Source of the DNA: Anaerolineae bacterium
GTDB taxonomy: Bacteria; Chloroflexota; Anaerolineae; JAAEKA01
Reading direction: 5' to 3'
Length of the DNA: 64,000 nucleotides
Assembly: GCA_049294015.1 (NCBI GenBank)
Contig: JBAQCH010000024.1
Location: forward strand, 62,226-126,225
Shown here: positions 1 to 8,191 of the stretch, in pieces
How the letters are laid out: the number at the start of each line of letters is the position of its first letter
Position numbering within the stretch: the first letter of the stretch is position 1
The notes under the pieces: model-generated
The model's input: the letters and a program-made list of their open reading frames with translations, nothing else
Database searches by the model: none
What the model was told of the DNA's origin: nothing
Made by a program: the position numbers and the translations under genes

Positions 1-2070
1 ATGGGCCTGATCTTCCTGCGCCACGCCTACAGCCGCTACCTGGGGGTCAGAGATGCGATCGTGGCCGGCCTGCCCAGCCGCGGCGGCGTGGCCCGCCCGC
101 TGACCAAGGAGGACTTCTCGCAGCGCAGCGCGATCTTCCTGCGGCCCGAGGCCCAGTTCGACCACCTGGTGGCGCTGACCGACCGCGACGACCGGGCCCG
201 GGCCATCATCGCCGCGATGGAGTCCATCGAGGCCGACTACGAGAACCTGCGCGGCGTGCTGCCCAAGAGCGAGTACCAGGAGCTGGACAACCAGGTGCTG
301 GGCCAACTGCTGCGCACCCTCAATCCCGACGAGCTGAAGCGGGTTTCCGGCGACGTCTTCGGCCGCATCTACGAGTACTTCCTGACCCAGTTTGCCGACC
401 AGAAGGCCCACGACGGCGGCGAGTTCTTCACCCCTGTCTCTCTGGTCTCGCTGATCGCCAACGTGCTGGCGCCGCAGGGCGGGCGAGTGCTGGACCCGGC
501 CTGCGGCAGCGGCGGCATGTTCGTGCAGAGCGCCCGCTTCGTGGAGCGCCAGCACGGCAACCCGGTGGAGAAGCTGACCTTCTACGGCCTGGAGAAGAAC
601 AGCACCACCATCCGCCTGGCCAAGATGAACCTGGCCGTGCATGGGCTGGAGGGGGACATCCAGCAGGCCATTACCTACTACGAGGACCCGCACGAGCTGC
701 TGGGCAAGGCCGATTTCGTCATGGCCAATCCCCCCTTCAACGTGGACGAGATCGACGCCGACAAGGTCAAGCGCGACCCGCGCCTGCCCTTTGGCCTGCC
801 GGGCGCCAACAAGAAGGGCAAGGTCTCCAACGGCAACTACATCTGGATCAGCTATTTCTACAGCTACCTGAACCAGCGGGGCCGGGCCGGCTTCGTCATG
901 TCCAGCCAGGCCTCCAGTGCGGGGCGGGACGAGGCCAGGGTGCGCCAGAAGCTGGTGGAGACGGGCGACGTGGACGTGATGATCGCGGTGCGCCCTAACT
1001 TCTTCTACACCCGCACCGTGCCCTGCGAGCTCTGGTTCCTCAACCGGGCCAAGTCGGCCGTGCCCTCATCCCCGGCCCTTCTCCCAGGGGGAGAAGGGAG
1101 TGTGGGCGGCGGCGCGCCGCTGAACCACAAGGGGTGCGTGCTGATGATCGACGCGCGCGCCATCTACCGCAAGGTGACGCGCAAGATCTACGACTTCAGC
1201 CCGGAGCAGGAGCAGAACCTGCTGGCGGTGGTCTGGCTGTACCGCGGGCAAAGCGATAAATACCTGGCGTTGGTGGCCAGCTACTGCCGGCGCACCCTGG
1301 ACGAGGCCGCGGCCTGTTTCCGCATGGCGGGCGAGAACGGCCAGCCGGTCGAGCCGCTGCCAGCCTTCGACGCCAGCCTGGCCGGCCTGCGGGCGGCGAT
1401 GCAACCCTTCCTGCACAGCCGAGCCGCTGATGGCCCGCAGGCCGGGCCGCAGCAGGAGCTGGCCGCCGCCGCGGCCCTCTTCCGCGCCGACGTGGACGCG
1501 TTCCGCGCCGCGCTGGCCGAACAGCAGGCGCTCTGGCAGGGCCAACAGACCAGCAACGGCGCGCTGCAAGCCGCCGTGGACAGGCTGGCGCCATTGGCCG
1601 AGATGAGCCGCGACCTGGTGCGGCAGAGTGACCTGCTGGTCAAGCTGGCCGCCCGGCTGATCGAAACGTGCGAGAAGGAATGCGAGGCCGGCGAGAGCGA
1701 CCTGTGGCCAAACCGGGAGATCAACCGGCTGCGCAGAGCCGCCGACGAGGCCCGTCAGGCCGCGGTGGAGCAACTCAAGCAGGTGCGCACCATCTGGCGG
1801 CAGGCCCACTGGCTGGTCGAGCGCTTCCCCGACGCCGAGCTGCGCGACGTGCCGGGGCTGGTCAAGCTGGTGGACGTGCAGGAGATCGCGGCCAACGACT
1901 GGAGCCTGACCCCCGGCCGCTACGTGGGCGTGGCCCCGGCCGAGGAGGACGAGGACTTCGACTTCGAGGAGGCGTTGCGCGAGATCCACGTGGAGCTGGA
2001 GGACCTGAACGCCGAGGCGGTGGAACTGGCGGCTACTATCCAGCGCAATTTCAAGGAGCTGGGAGTATGA
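1..2070 (+). CDS. hsdM: Type I restriction-modification DNA methyltransferase subunit HsdM; 5' end probably lies upstream of the window
   Basis: Translation contains HsdM N-domain-like LIFLRHAYSRYLG, AdoMet motif LDPACGSGGMF, catalytic NPPF (MANPPFNV) and a long helical C-terminal region. Conserved HsdM_N sequence sits at residue 1, so the true start is likely outside the window. Stop overlaps the next start as ATGA at 2067-2070. Confidence 0.9.
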   Translation: MGLIFLRHAYSRYLGVRDAIVAGLPSRGGVARPLTKEDFSQRSAIFLRPEAQFDHLVALTDRDDRARAIIAAMESIEADYENLRGVLPKSEYQELDNQVLGQLLRTLNPDELKRVSGDVFGRIYEYFLTQFADQKAHDGGEFFTPVSLVSLIANVLAPQGGRVLDPACGSGGMFVQSARFVERQHGNPVEKLTFYGLEKNSTTIRLAKMNLAVHGLEGDIQQAITYYEDPHELLGKADFVMANPPFNVDEIDADKVKRDPRLPFGLPGANKKGKVSNGNYIWISYFYSYLNQRGRAGFVMSSQASSAGRDEARVRQKLVETGDVDVMIAVRPNFFYTRTVPCELWFLNRAKSAVPSSPALLPGGEGSVGGGAPLNHKGCVLMIDARAIYRKVTRKIYDFSPEQEQNLLAVVWLYRGQSDKYLALVASYCRRTLDEAAACFRMAGENGQPVEPLPAFDASLAGLRAAMQPFLHSRAADGPQAGPQQELAAAAALFRADVDAFRAALAEQQALWQGQQTSNGALQAAVDRLAPLAEMSRDLVRQSDLLVKLAARLIETCEKECEAGESDLWPNREINRLRRAADEARQAAVEQLKQVRTIWRQAHWLVERFPDAELRDVPGLVKLVDVQEIAANDWSLTPGRYVGVAPAEEDEDFDFEEALREIHVELEDLNAEAVELAATIQRNFKELGV
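1063..1100 (+). repeat. ~38-bp palindromic element CCCTCATCCCCGGCCCTTCTCCC-AG-GGGGAGAAGGGAG inserted in-frame in hsdM (RPE-like)
   Basis: Perfect inverted repeat CCTTCTCCC/GGGAGAAGG. A near-identical copy (38/39) in opposite orientation lies inside hsdR at 13819-13857. Adds about 13 aa (SSPALLPGGEGSV) in-frame. Confidence 0.7.
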
Positions 2071-3092
2071 GCACCACAGAGTTATCCGTTCCAGATGATT
2101 ATGCAGTTCTGCTGGTCAAGGTCAAAGAACGGGTGCTTACTGCACAACTGCAGGCGTTCAGAGCGGTCAATACGGAGTTGATCGGCCTTTACTGGGATAT
2201 TGGGCGCATGATTGTGGAGAAGCAGGCTGGTGAGACTTGGGGCAAATCGGTCGTCCAACAACTGGCGGGGGATTTGCAGAATGAGTTCCCTGGCATCCGC
2301 GGTTTTTCCGCCTCCAATCTCTGGCGCATGAAGTCATTTTTTGAGACCTATGCAGCCTCGGAAAGACTCGCACAGCTTGTGCGAGAAATTGGCTGGGGCC
2401 ATAACTTGGTGATTCTAGCGCGCTGCAAAGATCCACTAGAGCGAGAATTCTACCTGCGCATGACCCGCAAGTTCGGCTGGTCGAGAAACGTGCTGGTCCA
2501 TCAGATTGAGAACCAGAGCTACGAGAAGACATTGCTTGGCCAGACCAACTTCGACAAAACGCTGTCGCCCGAACTGAGGGTGCAGGCAAGGCTAGCCGTC
2601 CGCGACGAGTACATCTTTGACTTTCTGGAACTGGACGAGCAGCACTCTGAGCGGGAGTTAGAACGAGCGCTGATTGGACGTATCGAGGAGTTTCTGCGCG
2701 CTTTGGGCGGAGTATTTGCTTTTGTGGGCAGCCAGTTCCGTCTGGAAGTTGACGATGAGGAGTTCTTCATTGATCTCCTGCTATACCATCGACGCCTGCG
2801 GGCGTTGGTGGCCATCGACCTCAAGATCGGCAAGTTCCAGCCGGAGTTCGTGGGCAAGATGCAGTTCTACTTAACGGCGCTGGACCGGCAGGTGCGCATG
2901 GAAGGCGAAAACCCCTCCATTGGTATCATTCTGTGCAAGGAAAAGAAGCGTACTATCGTCGAGTACGCCCTGTACGACGCCAGCAAGCCCATCGGCGTCG
3001 CCACCTATCGGGTTGTGCGCCAGTTGCCCAAAGACCTGCGCGGCCAGCTTCCCAGCCCGGAGGAGATCGCCAGACTCTTGGAGGAAGAGTGA
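2067..3092 (+). CDS. DUF1016/YhcG-family PD-(D/E)XK nuclease-like protein, inserted between hsdM and hsdS
   Basis: 341-aa product MSTTELSVPDDYAVLLVKVKERV...; N-terminal YhcG-like helical region and C-terminal nuclease-like core (EFFIDLLLYHRRLRALVAIDLKIGKF). ATG overlaps the hsdM stop (ATGA). Visibly lower GC than hsdM. Confidence 0.7.
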   Translation: MSTTELSVPDDYAVLLVKVKERVLTAQLQAFRAVNTELIGLYWDIGRMIVEKQAGETWGKSVVQQLAGDLQNEFPGIRGFSASNLWRMKSFFETYAASERLAQLVREIGWGHNLVILARCKDPLEREFYLRMTRKFGWSRNVLVHQIENQSYEKTLLGQTNFDKTLSPELRVQARLAVRDEYIFDFLELDEQHSERELERALIGRIEEFLRALGGVFAFVGSQFRLEVDDEEFFIDLLLYHRRLRALVAIDLKIGKFQPEFVGKMQFYLTALDRQVRMEGENPSIGIILCKEKKRTIVEYALYDASKPIGVATYRVVRQLPKDLRGQLPSPEEIARLLEEE

Positions 3093-3179
3093 TGGAGCAC
3101 CAAGGTGGAAGGGCAACAGGCACCAGACGGGCGCCTGGCGATGTTCCGGTATTCGGGCTTGGGCCTTCAGACATCTGCT

Positions 3180-3241
3180 GCACCGACGCGGTGGCGCTGG
3201 CCGCGACGATCAAGCGGAACTTCGAGGAGTTGGGGATATGA
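3180..3241 (+). pseudogene. Diverged duplicate of the hsdM 3' end (..DAVALAATIKRNFEELGI*), remnant at the cassette boundary
   Basis: Encodes AATIKRNFEELGI*, compared with the hsdM end AATIQRNFKELGV*; about 75% nt identity to 2017-2070. Its TGA overlaps the hsdS ATG (ATGA at 3238-3241). Confidence 0.6.
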
Positions 3242-4359
3242 GTTGGCAGCAGGCTCGACTCGCCGATATATCATCGATGAGAACGGGAAAGCTCGACTCA
3301 AATGCGGCCATTCCCGAGGGAGCGTATCCCTTTTTCACTTGCGCCCAGGAGACCTTGAGAATAGATGAACCTGCCTTTGACACAGAGGCGGTTCTACTGG
3401 GAGGAAACAACGCGGCAGGGATATTTCCCCTGAAGTACTACAACGGCCAGTTCAACGCTTACCAACGGACCTATGTGATCGAATCACTTGCACCAGATGT
3501 TCTGAATATCCGATATCTTTACTACGCTTTGCGTCCGGCTCTCGCACATTTTCAGTCTGCTTCTATCGGGGCCGCTACTCAGTATCTTACGAAGGGTATA
3601 CTGGACAATTTTCAAGTACCATTGCCCCCAGTTACTATTCAGAATCGCATCGTTATAATCCTCTCCGCCTACGACGACCTGATCGAGAACAACCGGCGGC
3701 GCATCCGCTTACTGGAGGAGGCGGCGCGGCTGCTCTACCGCGAGTGGTTCGTCCACCTGCGCTTCCCCGGTCACGAGCACGTGGCGGTGGTGGATGGCGT
3801 GCCAGAGGGGTGGGAGAGGAAGCGCCTAATCGAGGTTGCAGACATCAGGATGGGGCAAAGCCCGAAGTCCATCTACTACAATCAAGATGGTAACGGTCTT
3901 CCTTTTCATCAGGGAGTGAGCAACTTTGGCGGGAGATTCCCATCGCACGAAGTCTTCTGTACCATTTTAAGTCGGCTTGCAGAACCGGGCGACATTCTCT
4001 TTAGTGTACGGGCACCTGTTGGCAGGATCAACATTACACGCGACAAAATCGTGATTGGGCGCGGTTTGGCTGCAATTCGCTCCAACTGCGATCAGCAGAA
4101 TTTCCTTTTCTACGCATTGAAGAGCCATTTCTTCAAGGATGACATGATGGGCACTGGCGCGATTTTTGCCGCAATCACGAAGAATGACCTTCACGGCGTC
4201 CAACTGATGCATCCTCCGCTTCGACTCATCGAGATGTTTACGGAACATGCGCAACCGATTGATAGACAGATCGAGAATCTTCAACAGACAATCGATGGTC
4301 TTGTGAAAGCCCGCGACTTGCTCTTGCCGCGGTTGATGAATGGAGAGATCAGCGTATGA
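3238..4359 (+). CDS. hsdS: Type I RM specificity subunit HsdS (two low-GC target-recognition domains around a conserved central region)
   Basis: MSWQQARLADISS... start. Central conserved HsdS repeat region IVIILSAYDDLIENNRRRIRLLEEAARLLYREWFVHLRFPGHE and C-terminal conserved LVKARDLLLPRLMNGEISV. TRD segments are visibly AT-richer than the conserved core. Confidence 0.85.
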   Translation: MSWQQARLADISSMRTGKLDSNAAIPEGAYPFFTCAQETLRIDEPAFDTEAVLLGGNNAAGIFPLKYYNGQFNAYQRTYVIESLAPDVLNIRYLYYALRPALAHFQSASIGAATQYLTKGILDNFQVPLPPVTIQNRIVIILSAYDDLIENNRRRIRLLEEAARLLYREWFVHLRFPGHEHVAVVDGVPEGWERKRLIEVADIRMGQSPKSIYYNQDGNGLPFHQGVSNFGGRFPSHEVFCTILSRLAEPGDILFSVRAPVGRINITRDKIVIGRGLAAIRSNCDQQNFLFYALKSHFFKDDMMGTGAIFAAITKNDLHGVQLMHPPLRLIEMFTEHAQPIDRQIENLQQTIDGLVKARDLLLPRLMNGEISV

Positions 4360-7300
4360 ACTCTCCAAGAAGACAGCTCAGCAATTCGTTCTCAACTGGC
4401 GGTGGCGGCGGCCATTTCGAAGCACATCTACAGGCATCCTTTGTTGTTCTGATGCTTACCGGTGGACATGCACCTTGCCTGCCCTGTTGGCCAATCGTCA
4501 AGATCAAGCTGCAAGGAAGGATCGAAGGATTTGACACTGACGACCTGATCGTATTTGTTGAGAATGGCGATACTGGAGAAACACGGAAGCTCTTGGGACA
4601 GGTCAAGCATTCAGTTAGCATCACACAAAGCGACACCGTCTTTGGAGAAGTGATCCAGGCTGCTTGGAATGATTTCAACAATCCAACGGTCTTCACCCGC
4701 GGCAAGGATGTGATTGCGCTGATTACTGGTCCATTGAGCGCAACTGATACGCATAATGTGCAGTGGATATTGGGCCAAGCACGACACACAAGCGGAGTTG
4801 ACGAGTTCTACAGAAACGTCGAGCAAGCGAATTTTAGTCCGCCCAAGAGTGAGGAAAAGCTGGCAGCAATCCAGCATCACCTAAGGACCGCCAACAATGG
4901 CACCGCCGTTTCGCGAGAGGTTCTCTATGATTTCCTGAACCACTTCCATCTGTTAAGCTACGACTTAGGGACCGAGCATGGTGTTGTCTTGTCGTTGCTT
5001 CATTCACCTATCTCGCAGCGTAACCGAAATGCCCCGCAAATGCTTTGGTCGCGGGCTGTGGACATCGTACAAACCTGGAATCAAGATGCTGGAACGATCA
5101 CTCGGGAACGGCTTCCCGAGGATCTGGTGGACGCGTTTGAGCCTACCATCATAGCCCATATTCCCGAAGAGTTGACAACCAAAGATCTCGAAACTCAGAA
5201 AACTGACTGGGATCGGCATCAATACGCCTCCGATTTGGCTCTCGCAAATCTTGTTGGTGCATGGGATGAGAAAAGCGCCGCAGATATTGAAGCCTTGACC
5301 GGAGTAATTGGGATAGAGTATGCAACGTGGGTCAAGGAAGCACGAGAGATCTTACACCTTCCCGGTAGTCCTCTGTCACTCAAAAACGGCGAGTGGAAGG
5401 TTACTGAGCGGGCTGAACTGTGGTCTTCTCTGGGTTCGCGCGTTTTCGATCAACATCTTGACTCCTTCAAGGCTGCAGCTATTGCCGTGTTGAGGGAACG
5501 CGACCCGGCTTTTGATCTTTCACCTGAAGATCGCTTTGTGGCGAGTCTCCGAGGAAAAGCTCCCCATCACAGTTCAGTGCTCAGAATGGGCCTGGCTAAT
5601 GGATTAGCGATTCTGGGCAATCATGCGGGCGCATTAGCCAACTGTTCACGCGGAAAAGCAGAGGCCACCGTAATCTTGGCGATTCGGGAGATTTTCACTG
5701 ACGCTGATTGGAAGCTCTGGGCAAGCCTGAATAACCTTTTACCTGTCATGGCCGAAGCCGCACCCAATGAATTTCTCGATGCTGTGGAGAATGCTCTGCA
5801 GCAGTCACCTTGTCCCTTTGATGAACTCTTCGCTCAGGAAGAGAGTGGCATTATGGGGAGGAACTACCTGACCGGACTACTCTGGGCATTGGAAGGACTA
5901 GCATGGGATGAGCATTACCTTGTCAGAGTTTGTGTTATACTGGGGGAACTTGCCAGTCATGATCCTGGCGGCAACTGGACAAATCGCCCAATCAACTCTC
6001 TGATAACAATCCTTCTTCCATGGTATCCGCAGACTCTTGCACCAATCGAGAAGCGCCAAGTTGCAGTCAGGACGCTCTGCAAAGAGTCGCCAGGTATCGG
6101 TTGGAACTTGATCATTCAGTTGCTGCCTAATCAGCACCGGACATCCTCAGGTTCACATAGACCTTCATGGCGCAAGATAATTCCAGAAGACTGGGAAAGT
6201 GGTGTCTCAGGCCAAGAGTACTGGCAACAGGTGTTCTTCTATGCGGAGCTTGCTGTCTCGATGGCAGACTATGATGCTGCTAGACTCGCCGAACTCATCG
6301 AACACCTTGATAAGCTGCCAAGTTCAGCACTCGATCAACTTCTAGGGGTTCTGTCTTCGGACGCAATCTCAGGTCTTCCCGAAGAACAGCGGCTTCTGCT
6401 TTGGGATCAACTTACGAAGTGCATCATCAGACACAGGCGCTATTCCGAAGCAAAATGGGCATTTGACGACGATCGCATTTCTCAGATCGAGGCAGTGGCC
6501 AACGCCGTGGCACCAGAGAATCCTTTGATTCGATATCAGCCACTTTTTTCCGCTAATGACTTTGACCTCTACGAAGGACGAGATGATTGGCGGCAACAGC
6601 AAGAAAGACTGAACGAGCGGCGTCTGCATGCTATAGAGGAAATACTCAGAACCGGCGGAGTCGATGCAGTCATCGAACTTGCGAAATCGGTCATCTCCCC
6701 AATCCAGGTCGGATACATACTCGGAAGCATCGCTGATTCGATCATTGACTCTGAACTGCTTCCTAAGTATCTGGACTCGGAAACCAGTCAGATCATATCA
6801 TTCATCCGCGGCTATGTTTCAAGCCGGTTCACAGTGAATGGATGGCCTTGGGTGGATGGTCTGGATAGATCGACATGGAGCCTTGAACAGAATGCGATAT
6901 TCCTGAGTTGCTTGTCGTTCTCAAAGGACACTTGGGATCGAGCCGATCAATGGTTGGGTGAAGAACAAGGGGAGTATTGGTCGAGAACTAGTGCAGTTCC
7001 ATATGGAACTGACGAGGATTTGCATGCTGCCGTTGAGAAGTTGATCGACTACGGCAGACCTCAGGCTGCAATTCGCTGTTTGGACAGCATGCGTCATGAC
7101 AACCGACCGCTTGATGTCACGCAATGTATTCGAGTGCTACTAACCACCGTGTCTTCATCTGAACCTGTGGACTCGATGGCCAGGTATCATATTGTCGAGC
7201 TCATCAAATACCTTCAGAACAACTCTGAAGTGCCCTCGGATGATATCGCCAACATAGAATTGATATATCTTCCCCTACTGGATCATGACCAGGGAGTAGC

Positions 7301-7904
7301 GCCCAAACTGTTGGAGCTGCGTCTGGCCACCGATCCTTTATTCTTTTGTGAAGTACTGCAACTCATCTATCGTTCACGGAATGAGGGTGCACCTCGAACT
7401 GAGCCAACCGAGTTATCAAGGGCGATTGCGTCACACGGCTGGCAATTACTTCATCACTGGCAAACGGTGCCTGGAATACAAGAGGATGGTAGTTTCGATG
7501 AAGACCGATTTTCGGCTTGGCTTCGTCGCGTACAAGAGATTTGCACTGATTCGGGCCATATAGACGTTGCGCTCAGCACCATCGGCGAGGTTTTGATATA
7601 CTCTCCTGCCGATGCAACTGGTTTATGGATAAATCGTACGGTAGCGGAGGCGCTAAACGCGCGCGATGCAGAAGATATGCGAACTGGCTTTCGCATGGGA
7701 GTACTCAACTCTAGGGGTGTTCACTTGGTTGATCCCACTGGACAACCGGAACGAGAATTGGCGGAACAGTTCCGTCAGAAAGCAGACGATGTTGAAAACG
7801 TCGGTTTTCAGCGTTTCGCGGTCACGCTTAGGGATCTTGCCGAGAGATACGATCGCGAAGCCGAGCAAATAATCGCCGACCATCGTCAGGAAGCCGCTGA
7901 ATGA
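4356..7904 (+). CDS. Large uncharacterised protein (1182 aa), lower GC, mostly predicted helical; possible N-terminal PD-(D/E)XK-like nuclease motifs. Candidate novel defence component.
   Basis: Long uninterrupted ORF; start ATG overlaps the hsdS stop (ATGA). No Walker A, DEAD or HNH motif seen. N-terminal 90 aa contain HFEAHL ... FDTDDLIVFVENGDTGETRKLLGQVK, a possible E / D / (Q)xK arrangement. Remainder is Leu/Ala-rich with Trp/Asp periodicity, suggestive of alpha-solenoid repeats. Confidence 0.7.
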   Translation: MNSPRRQLSNSFSTGGGGGHFEAHLQASFVVLMLTGGHAPCLPCWPIVKIKLQGRIEGFDTDDLIVFVENGDTGETRKLLGQVKHSVSITQSDTVFGEVIQAAWNDFNNPTVFTRGKDVIALITGPLSATDTHNVQWILGQARHTSGVDEFYRNVEQANFSPPKSEEKLAAIQHHLRTANNGTAVSREVLYDFLNHFHLLSYDLGTEHGVVLSLLHSPISQRNRNAPQMLWSRAVDIVQTWNQDAGTITRERLPEDLVDAFEPTIIAHIPEELTTKDLETQKTDWDRHQYASDLALANLVGAWDEKSAADIEALTGVIGIEYATWVKEAREILHLPGSPLSLKNGEWKVTERAELWSSLGSRVFDQHLDSFKAAAIAVLRERDPAFDLSPEDRFVASLRGKAPHHSSVLRMGLANGLAILGNHAGALANCSRGKAEATVILAIREIFTDADWKLWASLNNLLPVMAEAAPNEFLDAVENALQQSPCPFDELFAQEESGIMGRNYLTGLLWALEGLAWDEHYLVRVCVILGELASHDPGGNWTNRPINSLITILLPWYPQTLAPIEKRQVAVRTLCKESPGIGWNLIIQLLPNQHRTSSGSHRPSWRKIIPEDWESGVSGQEYWQQVFFYAELAVSMADYDAARLAELIEHLDKLPSSALDQLLGVLSSDAISGLPEEQRLLLWDQLTKCIIRHRRYSEAKWAFDDDRISQIEAVANAVAPENPLIRYQPLFSANDFDLYEGRDDWRQQQERLNERRLHAIEEILRTGGVDAVIELAKSVISPIQVGYILGSIADSIIDSELLPKYLDSETSQIISFIRGYVSSRFTVNGWPWVDGLDRSTWSLEQNAIFLSCLSFSKDTWDRADQWLGEEQGEYWSRTSAVPYGTDEDLHAAVEKLIDYGRPQAAIRCLDSMRHDNRPLDVTQCIRVLLTTVSSSEPVDSMARYHIVELIKYLQNNSEVPSDDIANIELIYLPLLDHDQGVAPKLLELRLATDPLFFCEVLQLIYRSRNEGAPRTEPTELSRAIASHGWQLLHHWQTVPGIQEDGSFDEDRFSAWLRRVQEICTDSGHIDVALSTIGEVLIYSPADATGLWINRTVAEALNARDAEDMRTGFRMGVLNSRGVHLVDPTGQPERELAEQFRQKADDVENVGFQRFAVTLRDLAERYDREAEQIIADHRQEAAE

Positions 7905-8191
7905 CCCATAACTGCGACACCGAAGGCACCCTCGTCCAACAGACCACCACCGAGCATCTGCATCAGCACCTCGGATGGCGGGCGGTCTATGCCTACAACC
8001 GCGAGGACTTCGGAGCGGGCGGTCTGCTGGGGCGGGCATCGGACCAGGAGGTGGTACTGACGCGGCCGTTGCGTGCCAAGCTTGTCGAGCCGAACCATGA
8101 CTTGGCCGACGCGGCCTGCCAAGACCCTGCATTACGACTCAACAATGCCAAATACGGGCTTGAAACGATGAATGGAGAGATCAGCGCATGA
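7901..8191 (+). pseudogene. Remnant fusion of the hsdR 5' end (about 190 nt, ~80% identical to 12340-12530) and the hsdS 3' end (ETMNGEISA*); recombination scar between cargo 1 and cargo 2
   Basis: Encodes TEGTLVQQTTTEHLHQHLGWRAVYAYNREDFGAGGLLGRASDQEVVLTRPLRA (hsdR N-terminus is TEDTLVQQTTADYLEQQLGWRSVYAYNREDFGPDSLLGRASDREVVLTRPLRA) and ends with ..MNGEISA* (hsdS ends ..MNGEISV*). The 24-nt atgaatggagagatcagcg(t/c)atga is shared by 4336-4359 and 8167-8190. Confidence 0.6.

Noticed and set aside
1066-1989. 307-aa minus-strand ORF, plus 1196-1594 and 1281-1724, antisense to hsdM
   Set aside because: Arg/Ala/Gly/Pro-rich translations typical of spurious antisense ORFs in high-GC coding DNA; fully overlapped by a confidently identified hsdM.
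1668-2066. Upstream extension of the DUF1016 ORF (MREGMRGRRERP...) giving a 474-aa protein
   Set aside because: The extension is Arg/Gly-rich, out-of-frame read-through over the hsdM 3' region. The Met at 2067 overlaps the hsdM stop (ATGA), which is the typical coupled start.
7901-8191. 96-aa ORF as a genuine small protein partner of the 1182-aa protein
   Set aside because: Its sequence is a chimera of the hsdR N-terminus and the hsdS C-terminus; interpreted as a recombination scar, not a functional gene.
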